A stretch of 64,000 bases of DNA from Oopsacas minuta (taxonomy: Eukaryota > Animalia > Porifera). The notes beneath the pieces are model-generated. The model was not told the DNA's origin and made no database searches. It worked only from the letters and a program-made list of their open reading frames with translations. The first letter of the stretch is position 1; each line of letters begins with the position of its first letter. Positions 26,039-37,739 of the stretch are shown here, one piece after another. The translations under genes were made by a program, and so were the position numbers. The stretch lies in the NCBI GenBank assembly GCA_024704765.1, contig JAKMXF010000321.1, positions 1,054,001-1,118,000 on the forward strand, given 5' to 3'.

Positions 26039-26220
26039 CAATAGAGCCTCGTTAATACGAACAGGGTTAAGGCGTAACTCCGGATAAGGACTACAATTTT
26101 GTCCCCTTTATCAGTTCCCTTCGATGCCTTTTCAATGTAATTAGTTCGGATAATACGTACTCCGGATAAGGAGTACGTATTTTGGCAGTCCCTTGTGTAC
26201 GTAATAACGAGAGTCTACTT
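26039..26220. mobile_element. pogo-like MITE inside the KDZ element
   Basis: Imperfect TIRs CAATAGAGCCTCGTTAATACG / CGTAATAACGAGAGTCTACTT. A related copy lies at ~62870-63030. Confidence 0.5.
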
Positions 26221-26295
26221 AGTACTCTGGTATAATTCTCTGACTGTCTCATACAATAAGAAATAATCAGTTTCATCCTTCTCACCGGTTTAAAC

Positions 26296-29200
26296 ATGGC
26301 CGAAAATATGTCTACCTCAACTTTTGAAATTAAACACCCACATCCAAGGAAACGAAGAATAGTTGAGGAGAAATTTGACATTACTGCAACAACCCTCAAC
26401 ATTGGAGGAATTGAAATTTCGAAGACAGATGTTTCGCCAGTAGATATCACAATATCAGAAGAGCAGTTTGAAATTGTACCAAGTAAGTTACGTATTGAAA
26501 AGGCACATTTCCATGGAATGCTATACTATTTAACACGACATTACTCAATATACATTTTTAGGCCATCCCAAGAAAGAAGTATACGCTGAAATCTTTTCAC
26601 AAGAAGAGCTAACTATTCCAGTACTAGATCAATATGTACATCTGCTTGCTGATAAACAGAAGGCTTGGCGTTTGCAAGATTGCCCTGTAGTATTCATGTC
26701 AGATTTTGAAGAAATCAATGGTATGACACCTTTATGTAACTATAGTGACCCTCGCTAATCCGAACCTCGTCAATCAGAACAGAGCCTAAATGTTATACAA
26801 GTATACGAGCCTTTGGCTCGTCGCTTCGCGATGAAATCGCCGCATTGCGCCTCGAGGTATTCAACGGACAAACAACAATTGAGATTAAATAATATAGATT
26901 TAATTCAACAGCGAACAAAACCACCAAAGAATTTAGCCTAGTTAGGCAAGGTGGTGGCTAAGTTAGCTACCATGTGTTCAATTTTATCAAACGGTGCTTG
27001 GCAGCTTTGTAATCATTTGCACACAACATTCGAAAAATGTACTCCCAGATCCTATAGTGTTTCAATTCATGTTTTCATTTTCTAGGTGAAGTAATATATT
27101 GGCCAAGAAAAAAGTTTTGATCGAAACTTGTCTGATGAAATGCTTATCTTGTCATACGAATTCTTGCACACATTATCAAGCATATGAATTGTGTTTGGAA
27201 TTCCAAACCTTAAACAATTCCAAATCCAAATCCCATGCTGGCAGTACTTACTACACATTAAGTGCAAATACAATTTTTTTGCTGAAGAATGGCTATCATT
27301 GCCTATATAGGAAAGAAATGAAGTGGTATTGCGACAATTGTAGTGGTATGTGTAAAGAAAAGTTGATTCTACAGGCAATCATGGCAGAATACAATGATCA
27401 GTTACCCGTTCCTCAGAAACCTCTTGATTATTCTACCATATCTAAACAATATCTTCCTTTTAAACTTAGTAAGAACCAGGCCATTATATATAATGAACAG
27501 TTAAGACGAGGATTATTTCTACCCCCAAATCTTGAACCAGATATTTTGCATTGTGAGCAAGGACATAAATATGTTGCCAAAAGTCTAGTCGTAGCAAAAA
27601 AGGGAATCATTATATACACAGAAAATGATGTCCTCGATTTAAAAGAACATACAGGTATGTTATTTAATTATATACTACATAGTATATATTCTCTATTTGT
27701 CCTTTAATATTCAAGCTAGCTTATTTACTCAATTTTTAGTGTATACATCTACTTGTGAAGGAAGTTGTAGATGCACCTCTGTGTTTGAAGGAAATAAATA
27801 TTTACTGCTGAATGTCAATAATCGCTATTTCATCCACTATGGAGTATTATTTGAATACAGCGAGTTTATGACGATGTCTCGGAATACACTACATGGATAC
27901 ATGAGTTATGTATTTTAGATACTTTTTGTCCGTTGGTTATGTACTCAATCGAATACCAAAATAACAAAAGAAATACATAGATCAATTGTAAGTGATCTAT
28001 TACGGTCGGTAGTCATAATTATATAATCAATTAAATCAAATTCATTTTTGAAAGTTGATCTGGTTACTCTTTATTGTGTTTAGAGCAAAGAATAATAAAT
28101 TTGAGAGAATGGGAAGGGAACTCACCTTCAGTTATCATATACTACAGCATGGATGGAATGGGTACTTACGTATGTTAGACATTAACTATAAGACAAGCTA
28201 TATTTGCCCATTATGCCAAGAAGCTCCAGAATTCTTAATTATGGATGGCATAACAATGGGGACAATTAAGGAACTCCCGAATACAGTTGAAGAATACCTG
28301 GAAGATCAGAGGTTATCGTTTGTTCCATTATCAAACAGGGTATTGGTATCTGATCTACAAACCAGAAAATTGATCAAAAGTTACTATTCATTTGGATTGG
28401 GTGAAAGCGAGTTTCATACCATGGTCAATTCTTTAGAGTTTGAAGAAATTACAGAGTACATTATTTACGCTAACAATGTAATTGATGAGGTCAATGTGAT
28501 TAATCCGACTTATCCAAATGCTAAAGCTATTATGGAACTATTCTCCAGATCAGAACCAATTTCTGGCATTTTTCCTGTATCTATCCTTAGCGAGTGCGAG
28601 AAGAAAGCTATTGCTAGTCTCTCTTGTGGTAACCAAATTGATACATGTCTGCTTTATGAGATTTTTGAAAAAATGCATACTCTAAGGCTATTCCTTAGCT
28701 CGTTTGGTGAAGTTCAAGAACAATGTGCTACTAGTACAGGATTCACCCTTCATCCTATTCTTGCTGGTGTTCTAAGGGCTATTCTATCCAAGATTGAATT
28801 ACTCAATAACTATAGAGAAGGACGGAAGACAGTAGAGGCTTCCCCATCAAATGACACTCTAGATAAATACTTTCCAGCGATAACAAAACGTTACAGGTAT
28901 TATATAATTGTATTCAACTATTCATTCAATATAATGCATCTGTTGAGAACATAATATAAATTCTATAGTGCAAACTTTCAAATATATTGAACCCTTAGAT
29001 TACCGATGTATGAAGATGATAACGAAGAGAAATATAAAGGATGTACAAAAATATATCCGAAACATCAAAGGTTATCACCAGGACTGTTAGTTGTTGTCTG
29101 TAGACATAAAGTGTGCTATGGATTTCAAATACTTCGTAGTAAAGAATCTACAACTACAGTATTTAACCTACTCCTGACGTTGTTCAAAAAGCCCCCTCGT

Positions 29201-29652
29201 ATTATAATATACGACAATGCTTGCAATCTACACAATACATGTATCATCAGGTTAGAATTAATATACAAAATACGCACAGTCGTATACCATCTCTAAGATT
29301 TTTAATTTAATCTATGTAATGCTCTTAAAGTGCTAAGCATACGTACTTACTACCATTATATAATAATAACTTCTATATTATCATTAGGGAACCCAAACTT
29401 TTCAAAGATACTACATTCTTGGTTGATCGCTTTCACTGGAAGAATCATTGCTGCAATCCAGCTTATTCTTTGAAGTCAGTGAAGAGTCATGATTTCATGA
29501 GAATAAACTCTCAAGTTTGCGAGCAGCTGTTCTCTACATTAAGGAGAATAACCACCCAAGTATCTTTCATGCGGATCGAAAACATATTCTACAATGTACG
29601 ATATTTCTTATACTGTTTGAATGAACAAGAATTACGAAAACTAAAGTGCTAG
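26296..29652 (+). CDS. KDZ (Kyakuja/HMGXB3-like) transposase, multi-exon, possibly disrupted
   Basis: CPLC..PEFLIMDGITMG, VVCRHKVCYGF....ES, IIYDNACNLH, VDRFHWKNH, INSQVCEQLF. Clean 3' exons 28084-28897, 28999-29250, 29388-29652 (approx.). Apparent 1-nt frameshift in the A6 run near 27110 and an unresolved stop at 27916. Confidence 0.8.
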
Positions 29653-29714
29653 TAGCTAATACACTATTCATGATTCATGAATAATGAATAAATTGTAAAA
29701 TTAACAAGTATACT

Positions 29715-31642
29715 TTAGATTCTCTTTACTAAACTCTTTTTGCTGTTACAACTTTTACAAATGAACGAGGAAACCTTTTGTGTAATATCCTGTAGGCCAA
29801 CACATGGTTTGTGAAACCATTGGGTACACACTTGACAATTCACCATATTCTTAAAAGCGAACTCGGGTAGACGACAAATACACCAAAGTTCAATTGTATA
29901 TTCCAACTTCTTATTAACCTTTATCCGTGAACAGGGTCTTTCAGAAATTGTAGGCAGAGGTGATAATTTTTCAGAAATAATGAAATTACGCAGGTGACGT
30001 CTCATATTGCCCTGGTTCCACCTCAATATACTTGGTTCTAAACCATTCGCCAACGCGATACTAACTGCAATAGCAAAGACACCACAATCTGAAATCCCTC
30101 TTTGTTGTTGTAGCTCTTGAACTGTAACTTTTAAATCTTCAGTCTCGCTTCGATAAAGCAGTGCAAGTTGGATGTCCAGCTCTTCACTTAGACCCCGGAT
30201 TAATAACGAATCATATACTGATATATTTCCTTCATCGTCAATCCTAGACACTTTCCAGTGTAGTTTACCATCGTGGTGTATTTGAAAACTATTTAGTGCT
30301 GCTCTAACAAATTGGCGATTCTAATAAGATAAAAGACATACAATTTGAAATGCCAATTATTTCAGGACGATAAAATAAGCAAAATAATAGATTTACCTTA
30401 GATAAAATAGTATCCTGGAATCCTTCAATGTCTGGATAATTATTCTTTATCAAAACCTAAACATAATTTATTAAGTAACCTAGTAAAAGTTGTTTAGTTG
30501 TTTGTCGAAGCGAAGTGCGAACGTAGGTTATAAATGGTATTGAAATGTAATATAATTAAATCATAGAGAGAGCTTACCCCAAAGGCGTTGATAGTCACAT
30601 CACTAAGAAAGGTTTTGTCATTCGATAGCTCTTTAAGACAGTCATCCCTTACTTTTTCGTCTAAAATTCTCACAAATGTTACATTTAATGGAATTAAAGC
30701 CTTTGCTGCTGATAATCCTGCCATTGAAACTACAGATGTATCCAAAAGAGACTGAGAGGAAGTAAAGGGTGAGTGATCGGGTTGCTGTTCTGATATGATA
30801 TTTGGTGTTGAATGGATCGATTCACCAAGATATAGTGGAGACGATGGGCATTTCTCTGGAGAAGTATTTAGAGATATTTCCACATTGGAATTCGGAGAGG
30901 AAGGTGAATGATCAGTTGGATTATATACATTCTCGTCATCCAAGTCTGAATCTAAACAATCTCCTTTTGATAAATGTATAGGTGACCTGTCTCTAAAACT
31001 ATCAGATAGATCTGGAGAAAAGTATTCACGCATCGATTTGATAACAGATAGCAAAGTAGTTCTGCCCATATTCTTTGATTGCTTGAGAAATGGAATTTCC
31101 TTGGGCCAAAATGTTGGCCGGAGTTCACTTTTCCCCCAAAAATTACGCGGTTTTCCTACAATTAAAATATGATATACGCATTACCAAATTAATACTTACT
31201 TAAGTATTACACACCAATTTGTTTCAACAGCAGTACATACCCTGTACCCACGAAATAACAACAAAGGGTGGCTTCCAAAACTAAGGGTAAGAATAACAAG
31301 AAACTTACTGTTCATCTTTTGAGTTCCCCATGATAAAATCTTTCTTAACGCATGGACATTATGTGTGTGTGGATCTTGTTTCATCAGGTTCATCATTTCA
31401 TCTTCTTTATAATCATCTCGAACAACTGATGAGTCTCCGACCACAGAGCGTTCAAATGTTAAGCTTCGCCAAATTTGTTCTTTCATTTCAGCAACATGCT
31501 GCCGGTAAGTATCGCTTCCCAGAACTGATAATTGTCCCCTCCAGGAGTAGACAACCCCTACAGATTCTCCCGTTACCTTTGTAAACGTTGCAATCGCTTT
31601 AGCTAAATGCTCCCTAGCGTTGCCCTTGGTAATACGAGGCAT
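29715..31642 (-). CDS. NRF1/EWG-like DNA-binding domain + S/P linker + Ulp1/SENP-type protease + PHD finger; exons 31642-31309, 31155-30578, 30456-30397, 30320-29715 (525 aa)
   Basis: Four exons splice in frame (1578 nt). RKPRNFWGKSELRPTFWPKEIPF resembles NRF1 GKPGWGKESCKPIWWPEDIPW. KLHW / VYDSL / QQQRGISDCGVFAIA give a His-Asp-Cys triad. WCICRLP..CQVCTQWFHKPCV..FICKSC is a PHD finger. Confidence 0.8.
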
Positions 31643-31787
31643 TTCAGCTAATTTGTACAAATTATAGTAAGAAAGTATTCAGCTAGACTGATAGACTAAT
31701 TACTAAAGTGGAATAACTGGGATCTGAAAAGCAGTCTAATATAACTTTATCTGTATAATATACGCCTACTATGGTACATGAATCCCT

Positions 31788-31919
31788 ATGCGCACAGTAC
31801 TTAATGGACATGCACACAGTACTTAATGGACATGCGCACAGTACTTAATGGACATGCACACAGTACTTAATGGACATGCGCACAGTACCTAATGGACATG
31901 CGCACAGTACTTTTTAATA
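31788..31919. repeat. Right subterminal 22-bp array (CAGTACTTAATGGACATGC(G/A)CA, 5 full copies + partial)
   Basis: Period-22 units with TGGACATGC starting at 31805, 31827, 31849, 31871 and 31893. Confidence 0.92.
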
Positions 31920-31923
31920 CCTC

Positions 31924-31985
31924 CTTTATCGTGGTAGTTTGACTTACATCCAGGTACAAGACAGGCTATGTTGAAGATTGTAGAT
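31924..31985 (-). pseudogene. N-terminal piece of the split THAP domain
   Basis: IACLVPGCKSNYHDK; rejoins in frame to DEYIPVLSFPTD at 25839 when the element and one TSD copy are removed. Confidence 0.8.
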
Positions 31986-32790
31986 GTAGAATCGGGTAAC
32001 AGTGGAAATAGAGGGAGAATAGAGCAGATATGATGTGATAATAGACGCGGAATTGAGTCAAAATGTGAATTTTTGGAGTGTGACAATATTTTGAAATCTT
32101 TTCGAAATATCATAAAACAATTGTTTATACGAATTATGGCTGATCATAATGTGGTTACTAAATATTGATCTGATGGTGTGTATTTGACAGGATATAACGA
32201 ATTATAGTATATTCACATGCATATATTGATGTAAATACACGAGCGGATATATTTCTGAACATGCGGCTGAAATAACCAATTTCATAGCATTGTAGGAGAT
32301 AAATTTTGATAGTTTTCAGTCAAATATTGATAATGCAAATATCTCAGAAAATGAAGTTTATCACTTTTCGTAAAATTCTTCAAAAATATATTGTAAGTAT
32401 GCAAAGAGTTTATTAAATAATCATATTTACTCATATAATCATGAATTACTGTAAACTCATCGAGATATCGTTTCGAAAAGTCCCAGGGGAATTGCCATTC
32501 ATGGTCCAGAATTTGAATAGAGTGCCATTGCCTAAGTGTATAGAATGCTATGATTTAGACCAATTGTCCACTATACGATATGTCCATTATATGAAACCTT
32601 CATTAGACAAAATTCCATTATACGAAATGTCTGCTATACGAATTGTCCTATACAAAATATCCGTATGCGAAGTGTCCGATTACCGTTTAATACAATAGAA
32701 TATAGATTGATACAACATTACCTAACTACATTTTCTTCAGTTAAACAGTGAGTAAAAAGGAGGATTTAGCTAATCTCTACTTAATACTAG

Positions 32791-34286
32791 TCATAGAAAT
32801 GGCAATAACTCTATCTTAATTTCAAGATGTATGTTGTCTGCTTCCCAAGGCACCCGTTCACGTATTGCAGTATTCGAAATGAATGAAGGATTTCCAAAAC
32901 AGTTATTTCTCAGCCCAGTTGGTCTCTTGAAGCTATTTGGAAATTTCTCCAAATCCTGCTTAGTTATATGGCTTGAGTGAATTAAATCAGTGTAATAATT
33001 CTGACTGAGTAGAATAAACGAATATTTGTATCTCACAGGCCAGTGTAGTTTATCATCATATTCTCCGTTTATAAAAATAATGAAAATACCGACTTGACCT
33101 TTATTCTTAAAATTCCAATCAATATACCCCTGACACTTGTATAATCCTACATAGAATGGATCACTGAATATAGTATCATTGGTTCGTATTCGCTTCCTAA
33201 CTCCGTCAATCTTCCATTTCAATTGTCCTGATGGTAGAAGTGTATAAGAACACAAGATTTCTTTAACCGAATTAAGTTCTGTATCCTTCTCAGTGATCTG
33301 TTTATCCAAAATGTCAATTTTGTTATTTGCTATCTTCAGATTATCCTTGACCTCTGTTAGCTCTTTTGTTTTACTTATATTTTCATTTTCTAATATTTTT
33401 ATTCTCTCAGTTGCTCTCTGGAATAGTTTAACTGTCTCAATTTGTTTCTTTTTCATCTCGACCATCGATATTCTGTAGTGAATGTGCATGAATTCTCTCT
33501 CATGAAGATCCAGCTTTCTCCTTTCCAACTTCTCTCTACATCCATGGTCCCAATAAATGCATTGTACTTTCTGGAGAGGACATTTGTCAGCTAGATGAAC
33601 AGCAACATGTCTCCTCTTCATTAGTTTGGCCCCTTCCTCTCCTTTTGTAGCACATTCATTCGGACAAGGTACTGGAAAATCCTCGCAATTCTCCAAATGA
33701 GGATTCATCTGACAAGCCTTCACTTTTCTGTTACAGAATTCACAATCTAGTTTTCTCAAAGAACAGGAATCTCTCTGGTGTTCCGGAATGAATCTCCTCT
33801 CCAGTCTAATAACTTTCCCTTTCCTGTCTCCTTCTGGAGAGAGACACCCCAGAGGACACAATTCAGGAAAGAAATCGCATTTCTCTAAGTGGAGTAGTGC
33901 TACAGTCACTGTGCCTTCCCATTCACATCCTCTCCTCTTCAAAGGACAACTAATCTAGAAATAAATAATATAATAGCTTATTTGTAACTACAACAAAAAA
34001 CTACCATTTTCTCGTTGACAATTTCACTATTCATTTTAACCGGTTGCCATGATGGTGCACCCTTAGGAATGCAAACTCTACATCTCAATTCTCCATGATA
34101 AAGACAAGCTTCTCTCAATAAACCTTTACAACTGTTACATAGTAATAGTTTCTCTTCTAGTTTACTGGAAAGCCTTTCTAGCAACAGTTCTACTTTCCAG
34201 CCTCCAAATTTCCCATCCTTTATCTTCACGAAAACCAAATCATCAGTTCCATCTGGGTCGTCTGACACTTGTAATTTATCTGCCAT
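32791..34286 (-). CDS. TRAF-like protein (partial RING, TRAF zinc fingers, coiled coil, MATH); exons 34286-34005, 33954-32791 (481 aa)
   Basis: SCPLKRRGCEWEG, CP..C repeats with H..C, LKWKIDGV, FSDPFYVG.YK, GEYDDKLHWP, FGNPSFIS; 50-bp phase-0 intron. Confidence 0.9.
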
Positions 34287-35660
34287 TCTACAATCAATAA
34301 ATATCATTGTGAATACTCAAGAAACTTATTAAATACTTGTCAATATGAATTTACAAGATATGCATATACTTGTCACCACATTCCAAAGTGCTTACTATAC
34401 TATAGTATGTACTATTTGCCTATCAGTGATAGCTTTTGCTATATTGGGTACTTTCTATGTAAAATTCAAAGCATGCTGAGTATTAGGTTATTACATGTTG
34501 TCAGGTGAAATTGGGTGCGTAGAGTCAGATAGAGAGTATAAATGTTACAGGCTAGTCCGGCCGCCGAACCTTGATTTTTCGTCCAAATTTTTTATTTCAG
34601 TGAATTTAGTTCAGACTATCAGTTTGAATAATATTGCTACTGGATAGCTGTCAGTATTGAGAATTTATATATCTAGCCACTTAAAACCACTTTTGGAAAC
34701 TTTTGAAGAGTTCTAAATGCATATAACTCCTTCAGTTTAAATCGAAACGGATTCTTATGTCAAATTCATAATGAGTGAGGACGCCTTTTGATGATCTATA
34801 CAGTTCAAATACGTTTTGGACAACCTTGACTTAGATAAATTCTCAGACACTGGGTCCTTGTGCAATTAAACGAAAATCAAAATATAGAACGGAAATTCGT
34901 TATTTTGAAACTTTATATGATTAATATACTGTTGGAGTGAGTTGATGATCTTAGGACTCAATACAAATATAATTGAAAGTTTTAAATCTGCTGGCTTTCT
35001 AACTCTGGTACATAGATTCGACATTAAAATTACGTATGTATTTTCGTCGGTAAACAAAGATTTTATACCCCACTTATTAACAGTCACGGTACTCCACCTA
35101 ATATGATTACTCATGAGAAATCAAGTAGATTTAAATTTGAAAGTATGAATTTTGAAATCTGCTTTTATAATCGACTACCCCTGGCTTGAAGTTGAAACAA
35201 AATCTCTAGCATCATTTCGAAGTATTCTTAAAGGTGTGAAAATATGATTAATCACCAAAAAGATGTGAAATATTCACTTTAGAAATAATTCATACTCGAG
35301 GTGCAAATCTCCGATCCAAATGTATATTTGTGCCAATTTTCACGTAAATTGGACTGCTAGATTTCGCACGCCGTGCAGAAAGACATACTGAAGTATGGAT
35401 CTCGCACATCGCCCATGCCATTAGGGCATCTGCATTCCCTATAGGAGCTGCACTAAAAAACAAAATTCTATGAGGGCTCCAAATTGGTAGCGTCCCCTCT
35501 TGTGCCAAACGATATCTGAAATTTGCATCGTGAATAATTGATCGGTTCCGTTGGAACCGTGAATTATAGGAAATCCCGAAGTACATAGCTAACATGCACT
35601 AATTCACCAATTATATTTGCAGCTTATTAGAACATAACAACAGCTTGATATTCTTTCTAT

Positions 35661-37739
35661 ATGTCACTGAACTCACAAACGAGTGCTGAGATAATTTCTG
35701 AAGCCAGAGCTTCTCTCAAATCAACCCGTGTCTCTAGACCTATCACACCCGCTCCCTTTCAACTACGCAGCCTCTGGGGAGATATGACAGAGGGAAGTTC
35801 TAGCAACAGACCCCCCTCTGTCCTCAAGATGTCCCGTTTACCTTTTGCCCCTTCACATAAACGCCCTTCTTCAGGTGTGAGATTAAACCCTATTTCTTAT
35901 CCCTCACCTACTCCACACCCCCCTCATACTTCCCACTCTTCTCGCTCTAGATCTGCTAAACTTATCCGTAAATCCCATTCTTTAGATCAAGTTGCTATTC
36001 CTGTAGAACTAGCAGAGTCCTTATCTATGCTTGATCTGTACACAGAGACTCCCTATTTGGATTGGAAGATAGACAGACTCAAGAACACACTAGCAGCTAT
36101 GTGCAGCTACTTACTCAGCCCCGAGGCTGTTGTAGTTAGTGAGCAATTAGCTGATAAACTCATTATCCCTGTATTCAAGCTTATACAGAGAATACATTAC
36201 TCTTCTATTAGTTCTATACCAAATACTCACTTGTTATTGCTAGGATGCTATGTTGCTATGGTAATTTACGGAAGAATGTCTGTTCTCTCTAGTGTAAATA
36301 ATTCTAACATCAATACTATCAGTCAGCTGGTATTTTCTCTCTCTCGTGATGAAGAAAATGATGTACACTTCATGGACACGGATTGTGTAAATGGAATGCT
36401 TATATTAATACAAGCAGTGAACAAAGCATGCATTCCAGAGTACTTAGTATATCTCCTAGGAGCACTCAAACTGATAACTTCTTCTCTACACTGTTCTTCC
36501 TATATCATAGATAGGTTCCTGTGTATCTCTATACATCTAGCTGAGTATCTTTTCCAGCACCCAGAAGGAGGAAACATGACTGCTCCCTGTCTGCTACAGA
36601 TTGTCTGGTGTCTGAGGAATTTGTGTGATAATAAAGTAGCAATCTTACAGCTGACAACACCTGATACAGTGCTGCTAATTACTAACATCCTCAATATGAC
36701 AGACATACACGAGACTGTATTGTATGCAGCTAAAATATGTTCAAAACTAGCTACTAACCAACTCTTCCACAAATCTGTGATGTGTGAGCAGTCAACTCTA
36801 CCTAACCTTCTGACTGCTTTCGCACTCAACTCTCATTCTCATCTAATCACATCCAAATTAGCCTTCACTCTAAGCCGACTGGTTATGGATGACGTCATTA
36901 TTTCTACTCGTATTTTAGCTATACCAAATTCTATAGACATGATATTACAAGCAGTAGATACTTACTCAGACTTATCGCATCGTGACAGCATGACTTGTCT
37001 ACCAGCTCTCACAAGTCTTATTGGTAATCTCTCTCTTCATCCAGAAGCTGGAATCCTCCTTTCTTCCACTCCCTCTCTCCCTCTCCGCCTAACCTCAGCA
37101 TTAGACGGACTTACACCAGATCTGTATGAAGACACAGAGTTCATAACAGCTCTGTTAACTGCTTTGAATAATCTATCTTACTATAAACTCAGTATAGAGT
37201 GTAGTTTACAGCTGACTTACTCTCTTATCAATCAGCTGTTAATACCGAGCTTATCTCTAACTCTCATTCAACAAATTGTATCCTGTCTTGGCAACCTCAC
37301 ACGTTTTCAAGAATGTAGAGCTATTGTACAGGAAACCAGAACAGATATGTTCTTACTGACACTACTGGACTCAACTGATACAGACGTACTATTCTCCAGT
37401 ACAGGAGCTATCATTAACTTAACTTCTGAATTGAACTGTAATATTCATCTCCTGAACAACGGATTGATTGATAAACTTATCGGTATAATGGAGAATATAG
37501 GATTGACAGATATTCAGGTCATCAGTCACAGCTGTCAGATCCTGTGGAACCTTTCAGGTCTACTGCTTACTCAAATATCAAATCACTCAAAGACTAGTTT
37601 ACAGTGTAAGCAGATAATAAGTTATGTTACAGAGTATGTTAATGCTACAACCCAGTCACTTAGTGATGAGGTTATACATTTCTTACAGGTTGCTAACAAG
37701 TTGATATCCAAACTGAATACTATGTTATCAGATTCTTGA
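35661..37739 (+). CDS. ARMC2: Armadillo repeat-containing protein 2
   Basis: N-terminal TSAEIISEARASL....RPITP...RSLWG...RPPS is the ARMC2 signature, followed by ARM-like helical repeats; intronless, 692 aa. Confidence 0.85.
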   Translation: MSLNSQTSAEIISEARASLKSTRVSRPITPAPFQLRSLWGDMTEGSSSNRPPSVLKMSRLPFAPSHKRPSSGVRLNPISYPSPTPHPPHTSHSSRSRSAKLIRKSHSLDQVAIPVELAESLSMLDLYTETPYLDWKIDRLKNTLAAMCSYLLSPEAVVVSEQLADKLIIPVFKLIQRIHYSSISSIPNTHLLLLGCYVAMVIYGRMSVLSSVNNSNINTISQLVFSLSRDEENDVHFMDTDCVNGMLILIQAVNKACIPEYLVYLLGALKLITSSLHCSSYIIDRFLCISIHLAEYLFQHPEGGNMTAPCLLQIVWCLRNLCDNKVAILQLTTPDTVLLITNILNMTDIHETVLYAAKICSKLATNQLFHKSVMCEQSTLPNLLTAFALNSHSHLITSKLAFTLSRLVMDDVIISTRILAIPNSIDMILQAVDTYSDLSHRDSMTCLPALTSLIGNLSLHPEAGILLSSTPSLPLRLTSALDGLTPDLYEDTEFITALLTALNNLSYYKLSIECSLQLTYSLINQLLIPSLSLTLIQQIVSCLGNLTRFQECRAIVQETRTDMFLLTLLDSTDTDVLFSSTGAIINLTSELNCNIHLLNNGLIDKLIGIMENIGLTDIQVISHSCQILWNLSGLLLTQISNHSKTSLQCKQIISYVTEYVNATTQSLSDEVIHFLQVANKLISKLNTMLSDS

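Larger units (their letters stand above)
25848..31923. mobile_element. KDZ superfamily (Kyakuja/Zisupton-like) transposon, 6.08 kb, two convergent genes
   Basis: Perfect 8-bp TSD CTTTATCG at 25840-25847 and 31924-31931. Inverted subterminal 22-bp arrays. KDZ transposase on +, accessory gene on -. Confidence 0.85.
23325..32521 (-). mobile_element. Decayed P element (THAP9-type), interrupted by the KDZ insertion
   Basis: ~47-bp inverted repeats TCTATTCAAATTCTGGACCATG(G/A)ATGGCAATTCCCCT at 23325 and 32521, enclosing THAP and P-transposase remnants. TSD not resolved. Confidence 0.75.
18548..32684 (+). mobile_element. MULE-bounded 14.1-kb segment (outer element of a nest)
   Basis: Inverted ~135-bp TIRs at 18548-18682 and ~32552-32684 (shared TTTCATATAATGGACATATCGTATAGTGGACAATT.GTCTAAAT). 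Flanks GTTTAAAATAC / GTTTAATAC resemble a slipped 9-bp TSD. Confidence 0.65.

Noticed and set aside
31788-31919. Regular short repeats (also 46981-47186 and 10081-10320) as CRISPR arrays
   Set aside because: Units are head-to-tail with no unique spacers, no cas genes are present and the context is eukaryotic.
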